This document shows, piece by piece, positions 18,623-27,378 of a stretch of 32,650 nt of DNA (position 1 is the stretch's first letter; the number at the start of each line of letters is the position of its first letter). The notes under the pieces were generated by a model. It ran no database searches and was not told the DNA's origin. It was given only the letters and a program-made list of their open reading frames with translations. The DNA comes from a virus (taxonomy: Duplodnaviria > Caudoviricetes): the IMG/VR virus record IMGVR_UViG_3300020045_002788, positions 1 to 32,650 of that record. One strand, written 5' to 3'. A program made the translations under genes and the position numbers.

Positions 18623-20413
18623 ATCGCCCTTTCTCGCGTAAAAACATGGATCGCCGCAGAAGTATTGACCGCGAGCGACCTAAACTCAGAATTCAATAAT
18701 ATTCTGAATAACCCAGTCAGCTTGATCTCACCGCTCACCGGAGCAGTCGATTTCGACGGACAGACTTTAACGCTCGACGCCGCCGCCGCAACCCAAGTCG
18801 TCTCGACCGCCGCTGTCTCATGGAACTTCACCAGCGGCGCGAAGGCAGGGACACCAGCGACAACTGGTTCGATTGCAAACTACTCCGCCCAGACATTCAC
18901 CGACAGCAACACCGCTGCATCGGGAACCGCTACGGCTTATGTCGGATACGCCATTCAACGCCCGACGCTGGCCGCAACAAACGCGACTGTTACTACGACA
19001 GACGCCGCCACGCTGTACGTTCCAAACTCGCCCGCTGCCGGAACGAACCAGACAATCACAAACGCATGGTCCATGTGGACAGATGACGGGCGCGGGCGCC
19101 ATGACCTGACATCTTCGACGCCATCTGCTACCAGCGCGACCCTGAGAAGCCTGTACATGCCTGCCGTAACGGCAACGGTTACGGGAAGCACAGCCATTAC
19201 AACGGCTACGGGATTCAACCACGTTGAGATCGGCAGACCGACCATATCGGCTGCATCGGCATTGACGGTTACGCATTCAGCCGCGCTCTATATTGAGAAC
19301 GCACCAGTTGGAGGCGGGGCCGGGCCAGCCACAATTACAAATCCTTACACACTCTGGACGGATGATGGGCGTGTTCGCCATGACGGACAGATGACGGTTG
19401 CCGGAGGCATTGGTCCGAATGATGTGCAGAACGTCGGTATCGCAGCGACCGTCGCCACTAAGGCGCTGACCGTCGCATTCAAGACAAAGGCGCTGACCGA
19501 TCCGACTGCTGGCGATCCAGTCGTTATTTCATTCCGTAACGTCACTCTGACCACAGGCGACTACGTTGCCAGAACCATCACCGCCGCCACTTCTGTTGTC
19601 GCCCCCAGCGGAGCCACGCTTGGCTTCACCGCTTCGCAAACCGGCTATGTATACGTCTACGCGCTAGATAACGCCGGTACGGGAGAACTCATTCTCTCAG
19701 GATCGAACCACTGGGACGAAGGCACAGTACAAAGCACTACAGCTATTTCGGCAACCGCAGACAGCGGTTCCGTGCTCTACTCGACCACGGCCAGAACTAA
19801 CGTTCCGATTCGGTTTGTTACAAGAATCAAAATCCAGACCGGAGCCGTGGCGGGGGAGTGGGATAACGCACCTACGGAAGTTCATGTTGGGGCTGTCACA
19901 AACAGGTCTGTAGACGTAGATGGCGTTACTTTAAGAAACCTGACGCCCGGAACAGTTGTCGCCACAACATCTGGGGCAGCGATAGACTTTACTGGCATAC
20001 CCTCTCGGGCCAAAAGGATAACTATACTTCTCGACGGTGTTTCGTCTACAGGGACAGACTCAATCCTATTGAGATTAGGAGATTCTGGTGGTCTTGAAAA
20101 CACTGGCTATGCGAACTCGACTTCTGAATTAAACAACGCAGCAGCAGTTGCCGTAGAGATCAATACCACATACATGAAACTGTTCGGCGGCGCGGCGGCG
20201 GCGGCTCTGTATTCAGGTTGTGTAACCATTACACTGCTAGACTCTTCGACAAATACATGGATAATAAATTCGTATATTTCAAGGACCGATTCAACAACCC
20301 TGTTTTCTGCAAACGGGTCAAAATCTCTGACCGCGACGCTCGACAGAGTTAGCATTTTTAATGCTAGCGCCGGAACTTTCGATGCAGGCAAAGCAATGAT
20401 GTTTTACGAATAG
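18623..20413 (+). CDS. Tail fibre / receptor-binding protein
   Basis: Anchor-like N-terminus (I/M)ALSRVKTWIAAEVLTASDLNSEFNNIL, internal duplicated repeats and a C-terminal TSGAAIDFTGIP... domain. Start inferred at ATC 18623 (SD AAGGAG 8 nt upstream); the ORF track uses TTG 18665. Confidence 0.75.
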   Translation: MALSRVKTWIAAEVLTASDLNSEFNNILNNPVSLISPLTGAVDFDGQTLTLDAAAATQVVSTAAVSWNFTSGAKAGTPATTGSIANYSAQTFTDSNTAASGTATAYVGYAIQRPTLAATNATVTTTDAATLYVPNSPAAGTNQTITNAWSMWTDDGRGRHDLTSSTPSATSATLRSLYMPAVTATVTGSTAITTATGFNHVEIGRPTISAASALTVTHSAALYIENAPVGGGAGPATITNPYTLWTDDGRVRHDGQMTVAGGIGPNDVQNVGIAATVATKALTVAFKTKALTDPTAGDPVVISFRNVTLTTGDYVARTITAATSVVAPSGATLGFTASQTGYVYVYALDNAGTGELILSGSNHWDEGTVQSTTAISATADSGSVLYSTTARTNVPIRFVTRIKIQTGAVAGEWDNAPTEVHVGAVTNRSVDVDGVTLRNLTPGTVVATTSGAAIDFTGIPSRAKRITILLDGVSSTGTDSILLRLGDSGGLENTGYANSTSELNNAAAVAVEINTTYMKLFGGAAAAALYSGCVTITLLDSSTNTWIINSYISRTDSTTLFSANGSKSLTATLDRVSIFNASAGTFDAGKAMMFYE

Positions 20414-20414
20414 A

Positions 20415-21074
20415 TCAGAAATTTAACTTAATGGAAGAATTTACTGTGCCGTTATAAATGGCCGGGAAGTCGTCACCGGACGCCTTGACTTCCATATACC
20501 GGATTGACAAGTCAACGTTCTTGTATCGAGCGCCAGCACCAAAGACGTAGCATATTTCTGTCTCTGTCTTGTGTCCGAAGTGGTGAGTAATGCCGCCCGG
20601 CTCCTGCGGTGAGTCGATGCCAGTAACAACCACGCGGTAAGTGGGGCGGTAGAAATAAAACCCACCTTCCACGTACAGGCTGACGTTTCCAAAATTAATC
20701 TCTGGCGCTACGGTAAGCGCGATTCCGGTAACTTTCCCCTTGCCGACAAACAAGGCAAGAGGCTGGCACTCGCCGTTGCAGTGGTTTGGTGAATCCGGGT
20801 TGTAATTGGCATCCGTGGGAACCGCGTAAGCCGTTGACCGAGCCATGCCAAGATTGAGATACTCGGCACGAATACGCGGAAGCCCGGAACACTTATCGGA
20901 CACCCCAACCGACCACGACACGGATTGCAGATCAAGGTTGTACGGGAACCCCTCCTGATACCAGATTCCGTTTGCCTGCTGCTTGTACTGGTTGTAACCG
21001 ATTCCAAGTTCTAGGTCAGCGGCTTGCGCCGACACCGTGAAGAACGCCAGCACCAAAGCAAGTATCGTTTTCAT
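20415..21074 (-). CDS. Outer-membrane beta-barrel protein (Lom/Ail/OmpW-like), moron
   Basis: Sec signal peptide MKTILALVLAFFTVSAQA, amphipathic beta strands (LYVEGGFYFY, YVFGAGARY), C-terminal Phe, SD AAGGAG. Opposite orientation to the operon. Confidence 0.85.
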   Translation of the reverse strand: MKTILALVLAFFTVSAQAADLELGIGYNQYKQQANGIWYQEGFPYNLDLQSVSWSVGVSDKCSGLPRIRAEYLNLGMARSTAYAVPTDANYNPDSPNHCNGECQPLALFVGKGKVTGIALTVAPEINFGNVSLYVEGGFYFYRPTYRVVVTGIDSPQEPGGITHHFGHKTETEICYVFGAGARYKNVDLSIRYMEVKASGDDFPAIYNGTVNSSIKLNF

Positions 21075-21281
21075 TGTCTGCTCCTTTGAATTAGTGTCCT
21101 CTGCGACCCATCCGCAGAGTTAAGGCTTCGCAATCAAGAGGGAGGGCCTGATTGCCGGATGGCTGCCGACAACCCAACAATAGCAGGACTACAGTAAAAG
21201 TGGCGACCGCCGGTCTGACGGGAACTACCTTCCGGCAGGGAAACATGGTTGACCTACCAGCAAATCTGACTTATCCTCTGT

Positions 21282-21297
21282 GCATTATGTCAAATTA
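21282..21297 (-). promoter_or_regulatory. Conserved 16-bp motif TAATTTGACATAATGC, copy 3
   Basis: Plus strand reads GCATTATGTCAAATTA. Points toward the OMP gene across a ~210-nt non-coding leader. Confidence 0.75.
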
Positions 21298-21307
21298 GGC
21301 ACAAACG

Positions 21308-21766
21308 ATGCCCGAGGCTCAGACTGAGGCCACCAAGTTACGCTCACGAATCCTTGGGCTACCTTCCCTGCGCGTTGCCAGTAACGACGATGGCGATGCC
21401 ATAGAAAGGCTCCTGATTGAGCTAGGCTGGCGTGTAGAGGGTGTTGAGATAGATTGGCACGACATCTACCCATTCTGGCTGGTGGCAGAGCAGGACGGAG
21501 TTTTCATCGGTTGTATCCAAACCCTGATTTCAAAGCCTGTCGGACGCCTTGAGTTCTTGGCGGTTCGTCCAGACCTATCCCACCAGATGCAGGCTTTAAC
21601 GGTTCGCGCCCTTGTGTTAGCGGGCTGCGCCACCTTGAAACAGGCCGGTTCAACCCTGATCGCCGCAACCATCCCACACGAACTGAAATCCTACAAACGG
21701 GTGCTTAAGAACCGTGGGGCCGTTGTGATCGGAACCGGCAGCATTATTCTGAAAAGGCTCGTATGA
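21308..21766 (+). CDS. GNAT-family acetyltransferase-like protein
   Basis: LRVASNDDGDAI, WLVAEQDGVFIGCI and LEFLAVRPD match the GNAT fold. Position before the ejection proteins is common in podophages. Confidence 0.75.
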   Translation: MPEAQTEATKLRSRILGLPSLRVASNDDGDAIERLLIELGWRVEGVEIDWHDIYPFWLVAEQDGVFIGCIQTLISKPVGRLEFLAVRPDLSHQMQALTVRALVLAGCATLKQAGSTLIAATIPHELKSYKRVLKNRGAVVIGTGSIILKRLV

Positions 21767-23055
21767 ACACCAAAACAAAGAACACGACAAACATTCCACC
21801 TCCCACGGCGGAAGAAACTCGACTACAGGGCATAGCCGGAGAGCTTGGTAACGAACAGTTAAGCGCGATTCAGGGCTACGCCCCCTATCGGGAAATGCTG
21901 TTCTCGATGATTCCTGGGCTTGGCCGTTCTATAAGTCGTGACCTTGGAATTCGCGGCGCAGAATTTAGAAACATTACTCAAGAAGAAAAAGACTATCGAC
22001 AGTTCCAGAACACACGTCCCGGTGGTGGTAGCGGAGCAAGAGTATTCAATGAAGATGAATTCAGAACTGGTGGTCTTGACACTAGGAAGCAGGAAAGAAT
22101 ATCGACCTTGGGCGACAGTATCGGTGGAGTGAAAAGTTATTACGGCAAGAAAGGCAGGAAGCGGGCGCGGCAGGCCGCTGCCGCTAACGCCGAGTCTTCA
22201 GCCGTGTACGAGGCGCAAAAGAAGCAGGAAATGGCAGTATGGCAGGCCCAGTCTGACGCCCTGAAAGCCAAGGCTGACGCAGCGCGAGGCGTACAGCCAT
22301 CACAAGGTCTCGGCCTCGACGGTATGGACGACCAAGACGCCTACGACTACGGCTTCTCCCCTTATGAACGCGATCTCGTAAATGAACTGGCTGACGAACA
22401 ATACGAACTCGGCTCATCTGACATTAACAGAGCCTACAAAGAATCACTCGGAACACTTTCTCAAGAGCTTGCGCCGGGCAGAGGGTTACGTGGTTATGAC
22501 TCACCCATTCTCGATCGCGGCGGGAAACTCGCTGATGAAACGATACGCCAGAGATCGCAGCTTTCTCGCGGACTACGCGCCCAGTCTTCGCAGCAGCTAC
22601 TCGGTATTTCCGAACAGGCAAAGGCAAACCGCCAGAGCCTTCTTGGGTTCCTCGGTAATCAAGGCCTGGGGCTTGGCACTGGTGACGTAAATCAAACACT
22701 CGGTGGGTTACGCCAAGGCCGTCTTGGACAGGCTGGCGGGACTGGATCAAAGTCTGGCTTGGGTGCCGGTGAATACGGAAGCATTGCTTCAGGCGTTGGT
22801 TCTCTGATTGCCGCTTCCAGCCGAGAACTCAAAGACGTTGGCACTAAAGTTTCCGGTGAAGGAATTCTGATGAAGCTCCGCAGCCTTACCATGTACAAGT
22901 GGAACTACAAAGGCGAAACCGTACAACACATCGGACCGATGGCGGAAGATTTTCTTGCTACGTTTGGTGTCGGTGACGGCAAGACACTCGCCCTTGTAGA
23001 CGTGATGGGCGTACTGCTCGCCAGCATGCAGGGATTGGAGGCACGACATGGATGA
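21763..23055 (+). CDS. DNA ejection / internal virion protein with a C-terminal Peptidase S74 chaperone domain
   Basis: Q/G-rich helical body with a GSIASGVGSLIAA segment, then SSRELK...WNYK...HIGPMAEDF...GVLLASMQGL (intramolecular chaperone signature). Confidence 0.8.
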   Translation: MNTKTKNTTNIPPPTAEETRLQGIAGELGNEQLSAIQGYAPYREMLFSMIPGLGRSISRDLGIRGAEFRNITQEEKDYRQFQNTRPGGGSGARVFNEDEFRTGGLDTRKQERISTLGDSIGGVKSYYGKKGRKRARQAAAANAESSAVYEAQKKQEMAVWQAQSDALKAKADAARGVQPSQGLGLDGMDDQDAYDYGFSPYERDLVNELADEQYELGSSDINRAYKESLGTLSQELAPGRGLRGYDSPILDRGGKLADETIRQRSQLSRGLRAQSSQQLLGISEQAKANRQSLLGFLGNQGLGLGTGDVNQTLGGLRQGRLGQAGGTGSKSGLGAGEYGSIASGVGSLIAASSRELKDVGTKVSGEGILMKLRSLTMYKWNYKGETVQHIGPMAEDFLATFGVGDGKTLALVDVMGVLLASMQGLEARHG

Positions 23056-24298
23056 CCTTGGCTTACAGCCGACCCAAGATTTGGGTTTAGCCCAAACCTA
23101 CGACCAGCCGTTTGAGCCATTAACAGGCGGCAACAGCGGTGCCGTAACGCCAGACGCACCGCAACCCACAGCGCCTTCCGGGCCGTCTGGCTTCCAGAAG
23201 TTCGGCCTCGCCCTTGAAGCCTTCGGGGCCGGTATGCAGGGCCGCACACCGCTGGCGGTGAAGATGCAGGAAATGGACCTTCAGCAGCGCCGCCAGAACT
23301 TGCTGGACATGGAGAATCGGTTGCAGATCGTGGACTCTGTTTCAAAGCAAGTGAGTGCGCTTCCGGCAGACCAGCAAGACCCATACCTGAAATCCGTGAT
23401 GGGCCAGAACGCAGACCCACAATTAAACAACATGCTGAAATTTACAAAGGGCCGACCCGACGTGCTGGGCAGCATGTCGAAATCCGTGAGAGAAGACCCG
23501 CATGTCAGAAGTCTCGTGGCTACGGGTAAATTTTGGCAGGCCATGGAAAAACCAGAATTCAGGGAATACCTCGAAGAGAAAGGCTTCCCCGATCACGCTA
23601 AAGAGTGGTCCACGAAATTACCGCAATGGCAGGACTGGGCGAGAAAAAACAAGCCAAACGAATATTCCAGAATAATGAAAGACGGCAAAGTAACTATCGC
23701 CGAGATCAATGAGTTCACCGACTGGATGCCGGACAACCTGAAGCCGGATAAAAATTCTGCGTCCTACTTCAACTCAACGAAAGGCCAGACGAAACTGAGT
23801 GGAATTCTTGGCATGCCGGTTGTCACCGACAACCTTGCTGAGAAGCAGGCAGAAGCCGAAATGTCCAGCGTTGACAGCGTGAAGCCGCAGTATATCGGTG
23901 ATGGAAAATGGCAGGATTACCGCATGAGTAAGGGTGGAGAAATTAAGCCGTGGGGAAAACCGTATTCGCAGAAGGAGAAATCATCCGAATCAGGAGAGCC
24001 TAAGTGGGCGCAAGCTCGTGGCGCGCTGAACAGTTCGTTCAACTACAGCGAACAATACGGCATGAAAGACCCACAACAGTTGCCTGCCTACAACCGTGCG
24101 CTTGAGCTTGCCAGCAAGTACATGAAAGAAGGACAAGACCCGCTCTCTGCCGCCTCGAAGGCTTCCACCGAGGCACAGACATGGCATCGCAAGATTGTCT
24201 CGACTATCAAGGCCGAGAAGAAAAAAGGGAAAACGACGGACGATCTTAAGGCCATGCTAGAAGAAGCTGGTCTCGATCCATCCATGTACCTGAAATGA
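23048..24298 (+). CDS. DNA ejection protein (middle)
   Basis: P-rich N-terminus, GLALEAFGAGMQG segment, helical body, position in the ejection cluster. Confidence 0.65.
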   Translation: MDDLGLQPTQDLGLAQTYDQPFEPLTGGNSGAVTPDAPQPTAPSGPSGFQKFGLALEAFGAGMQGRTPLAVKMQEMDLQQRRQNLLDMENRLQIVDSVSKQVSALPADQQDPYLKSVMGQNADPQLNNMLKFTKGRPDVLGSMSKSVREDPHVRSLVATGKFWQAMEKPEFREYLEEKGFPDHAKEWSTKLPQWQDWARKNKPNEYSRIMKDGKVTIAEINEFTDWMPDNLKPDKNSASYFNSTKGQTKLSGILGMPVVTDNLAEKQAEAEMSSVDSVKPQYIGDGKWQDYRMSKGGEIKPWGKPYSQKEKSSESGEPKWAQARGALNSSFNYSEQYGMKDPQQLPAYNRALELASKYMKEGQDPLSAASKASTEAQTWHRKIVSTIKAEKKKGKTTDDLKAMLEEAGLDPSMYLK

Positions 24299-24299
24299 C

Positions 24300-27200
24300 A
24301 TGGGCAACCCATTCATTGAACTAGCCGCACCCGAAAGAACGGCTAATCCATTCGTGGATTTGCAGGCCGAGTCTGTTGCGCCGCCGACTAACCCATTCAT
24401 GGAGTTGGCGGATAAACCAAAAGAAACATCCCCTATTACGGCTGTGCTGGACTTTGGCCGTGAGAACATCATCGCCCCGTTAAAACAAACCGGCAATGAA
24501 CTTCTGGACGCACTCTCGTTTCTGGACAGACCTCATCAAGCCGTCGCCGTTGGCGCTAAGGAAACAATACGAGACAGGGAAAGGAAAATAGCGAGTGGCG
24601 AGCGTCCGTCGCCCATACCTTCCGGCGAAGCATTCATGGAAGGCGCAAAGCGCGGGTTCATGGGAGAAGAGATCAGCGGCTTTAAAGACGTAGCCATCCC
24701 AAAGGAAGTGCAGAAGGAATACCCCATATCTTCCGCCGTTGTCGGTTTTGCCGGTGATGTAGCGACCGATCCGCTGACCTACGCTGGTGGAGCGATTGGC
24801 AAGTTTATTGTGAAAGGCGTTTCGATGGCTAAAGACGCCGCCGTTAAGATCGCCCCCGGTCTTGTGAACCTTGCCGACAACGGTGTTATGCGTGCTTTCA
24901 ATGTCAACGTAGGTGACATCAAGCAGATCAAGGAACTGGAAGGAAAGTACCGTGACCTAGCCGGTGCCGCCAAGTACCGAACACTTCGGGATTCAAAGAA
25001 GTGGAACGACGATCTGGACAATCTCGCCAATGAACTAAAGATGACCCCGGAGGAACTGGACGGCGCTATTGCCCGTCAAGTTGAAACTCCACAAGGCGAT
25101 CTTTACTATCACGGAACCGTAGCCAAGTTTGATGAATTTAAGCCAATTGAAGGCAGTCCATATCGTCAATCGTTTGGTGATGCTTACTTCTTTTCTAACC
25201 GACCAGATCGTACAGCAGCGCGTCTTGGACAAGACGGGCGGGTTATCGCCGCGCGTCTGAAAATTGATAACCCGCTGCGCGTGGACGGCGAGATGTGGGG
25301 TGATCCTCGCGCCGAGGCAAAATTGATACAGCAAGCAAAAGCCGCAGGACACGACGGCATTATTGGATTAACAAAATCTGGAGATGAACAATTTTCCGTT
25401 GTTTTCAACGCTAAACAGATTAGTCAACAAATTGGTCATCAGTCTGGGAAACCAATAGGCATTGATCCAAGAATAGAAGCACAAGCAATATCGTTGCGTA
25501 ACAAGAACGCGGCACAGATCAATCTTGAGAAACAACTTGGTATAGAAATAGGCGAGGTGGAAAACTATTTTCCACACGTTGCCACGCCAGCGGCATTACG
25601 CGCTATCGGGAAAGAGAGAATTCTGGATATCTTCCGAAAGAGCGAACTACAGCATGCCTCGACGCGAGAGCGAAACATTCTTGGATCGGTGGAAAGCATC
25701 AACCAGAAGAAAATACTCGGCGTCGATGAGTTCTTTTATACCGACCCAGTTATCGCCCAAGCGGTTCGTGATATCCGCCATGCGAACTCTGTTTCTTCTG
25801 CAAACTTTCTGAATGAAGTCGGAACGAAGTTCGGACAAACCGCTAACGCGCCTTCTCATTTCGTGGATACCGGAATCGCCACATTGAAAGGAACGAAGTT
25901 CGACCCAGAGGTTGCCGGTTTCCTGAAACGAAACTACGCCGCGTTGAACAGCACGGAAGAGACACTCGATTTCTTTAAGGTCTACGACGAAGCACAGAAC
26001 TGGTGGAAGATGTGGTCCCTCGGTGCTCGCCCGGCCTATCACATGCGGAACATGGTCGGTAACGTCTGGAATAATTATCTGGCCGGAGTGAAGAACCCGG
26101 CGGTTTATAAACTGGCGGGCGAAGTGGAGGTGATGGAAACCACTGGTAAGTTCACCGGGAAGATCGGAAACTTTCCGACAAAACAAGTTTATGATGAAGC
26201 CCTTAATAGGGGTGTTCTAGGTAAAGGGCAGTACCACGGCGATATTGCCCAAGGAGTTTTACGCGAAACCGAAGCTGCGCTTTCAAAACTAAATCCCGGT
26301 AATTTGCTCACGCCGTCCACGAACAATACCATTCTCAGAGCGGGCTTCAAGTTCGGACAGAAGCTGGAAGAGAACGCACGCCTCGCTCATTTCATAGACC
26401 GCGTGAAGAAAGGCGACACTTTCGACCAAGCCGGAAAGAGCGTTAAGAAATACCTCTTCGACTACGAAGACCTGAGCCAAGTTGAAAAGAAAGGATTTAA
26501 GCGTGTGATGCCTTTCTACACATGGACACGAAAGAACATTCCATTGCAAGTCGAAGCGATGCTTGAGAATCCGCAGAAGTTTCAGAAAGTGAATCTGTTG
26601 AGGAACAACATTTCTACCGGCGATGAACCAGATCAAGAAAATGTTCAGGACTACATAAAAAAAGCTGGCCCAGTTTACGTTGGGGAAACTCCGGAAGGCG
26701 ACCCAAAGACATTCACTTTGTCTGGATACGCGCCGTTCATGGACATTCAAAAGATACTTTCTCCGAAAAGAGAACTGATGGGGATGGTTTCTCCATTTAT
26801 AAAAGAACCGCTTGAACAACTATTTAACTACGACACATTCAGGGAGCGGGCGATCACTCAATACGATGGGCAAGTCGTGGATTTTATCGGCGTCAAAATG
26901 CCAGCATGGCTAGCCCACGTCGCCCGCAACATTGTAATGGTCAACGAACTAGATAGAGCAAACCCTTTCAATATCTTTGGGCAAAATCAAGTTGACGAAG
27001 CCACTGGTGAACGCCAGCAATCAAACAGTTTTGGCATGGAAGAAGAGCTTGGCGTGGGGCCGTTTGCCATCGGCACGCCGCGTGAAAGCAGACAGGACAT
27101 GCAGGGCGGCGATAGAGCGTTGCAATACTTTACCGGACTAAAGGGCACTGGTGTTGACGAAGAGAAGGGCAGCGCATTTCGCTCTTTGAGAATAAAGAAA

Positions 27201-27320
27201 GACTTGGATAGTTTAAAAGTGTATTTACGACAGGCGAAACGACGCGGAAAGGAACGAGAAGCCGCTGGCGTTGAATCTGCAATCGAAAAGTACATGGAAA
27301 AACTTGACGAAGAAAAATAA
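24300..27320 (+). CDS. Large DNA ejection protein with an ART-like insert and a polyvalent-protein-type C-terminus
   Basis: 1006 aa. N-terminal NPFxxL x3, DVATDPLTY, YHGT...YFFS...GHDGII...VVF domain, RPAYHMRNMVGN, FDYEDLS.....RVMPFYTWTRKNIP. Confidence 0.8.
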   Translation: MGNPFIELAAPERTANPFVDLQAESVAPPTNPFMELADKPKETSPITAVLDFGRENIIAPLKQTGNELLDALSFLDRPHQAVAVGAKETIRDRERKIASGERPSPIPSGEAFMEGAKRGFMGEEISGFKDVAIPKEVQKEYPISSAVVGFAGDVATDPLTYAGGAIGKFIVKGVSMAKDAAVKIAPGLVNLADNGVMRAFNVNVGDIKQIKELEGKYRDLAGAAKYRTLRDSKKWNDDLDNLANELKMTPEELDGAIARQVETPQGDLYYHGTVAKFDEFKPIEGSPYRQSFGDAYFFSNRPDRTAARLGQDGRVIAARLKIDNPLRVDGEMWGDPRAEAKLIQQAKAAGHDGIIGLTKSGDEQFSVVFNAKQISQQIGHQSGKPIGIDPRIEAQAISLRNKNAAQINLEKQLGIEIGEVENYFPHVATPAALRAIGKERILDIFRKSELQHASTRERNILGSVESINQKKILGVDEFFYTDPVIAQAVRDIRHANSVSSANFLNEVGTKFGQTANAPSHFVDTGIATLKGTKFDPEVAGFLKRNYAALNSTEETLDFFKVYDEAQNWWKMWSLGARPAYHMRNMVGNVWNNYLAGVKNPAVYKLAGEVEVMETTGKFTGKIGNFPTKQVYDEALNRGVLGKGQYHGDIAQGVLRETEAALSKLNPGNLLTPSTNNTILRAGFKFGQKLEENARLAHFIDRVKKGDTFDQAGKSVKKYLFDYEDLSQVEKKGFKRVMPFYTWTRKNIPLQVEAMLENPQKFQKVNLLRNNISTGDEPDQENVQDYIKKAGPVYVGETPEGDPKTFTLSGYAPFMDIQKILSPKRELMGMVSPFIKEPLEQLFNYDTFRERAITQYDGQVVDFIGVKMPAWLAHVARNIVMVNELDRANPFNIFGQNQVDEATGERQQSNSFGMEEELGVGPFAIGTPRESRQDMQGGDRALQYFTGLKGTGVDEEKGSAFRSLRIKKDLDSLKVYLRQAKRRGKEREAAGVESAIEKYMEKLDEEK

Positions 27321-27378
27321 TAAAGGACACCACTAATGCCCAAGGACGGGTTCAACCAGGAGAACCAAGGATGCGCGC

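Noticed and set aside
18623-20413. Diversity-generating retroelement target in the fibre tip
   Set aside because: No template repeat or reverse transcriptase seen in the window.
20421-20431. ATTTAACTTAA, one mismatch from a XerD arm, which would make the OMP a pdif-like module
   Set aside because: It lies in the OMP coding end (IKLN), has no XerC arm and does not match the 16-bp motif.
21240-21253. 14-bp match GAAACATGGTTGAC with 28544-28557
   Set aside because: Single pair in unrelated contexts; cannot be distinguished from chance.
21268-21295. Complete 28-bp dif / IMEX attP site
   Set aside because: The XerD-like arm and a TGTGCA spacer are present, but the XerC side (GACTTATCCTC) does not resemble a XerC arm. 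The same holds for the other two copies.
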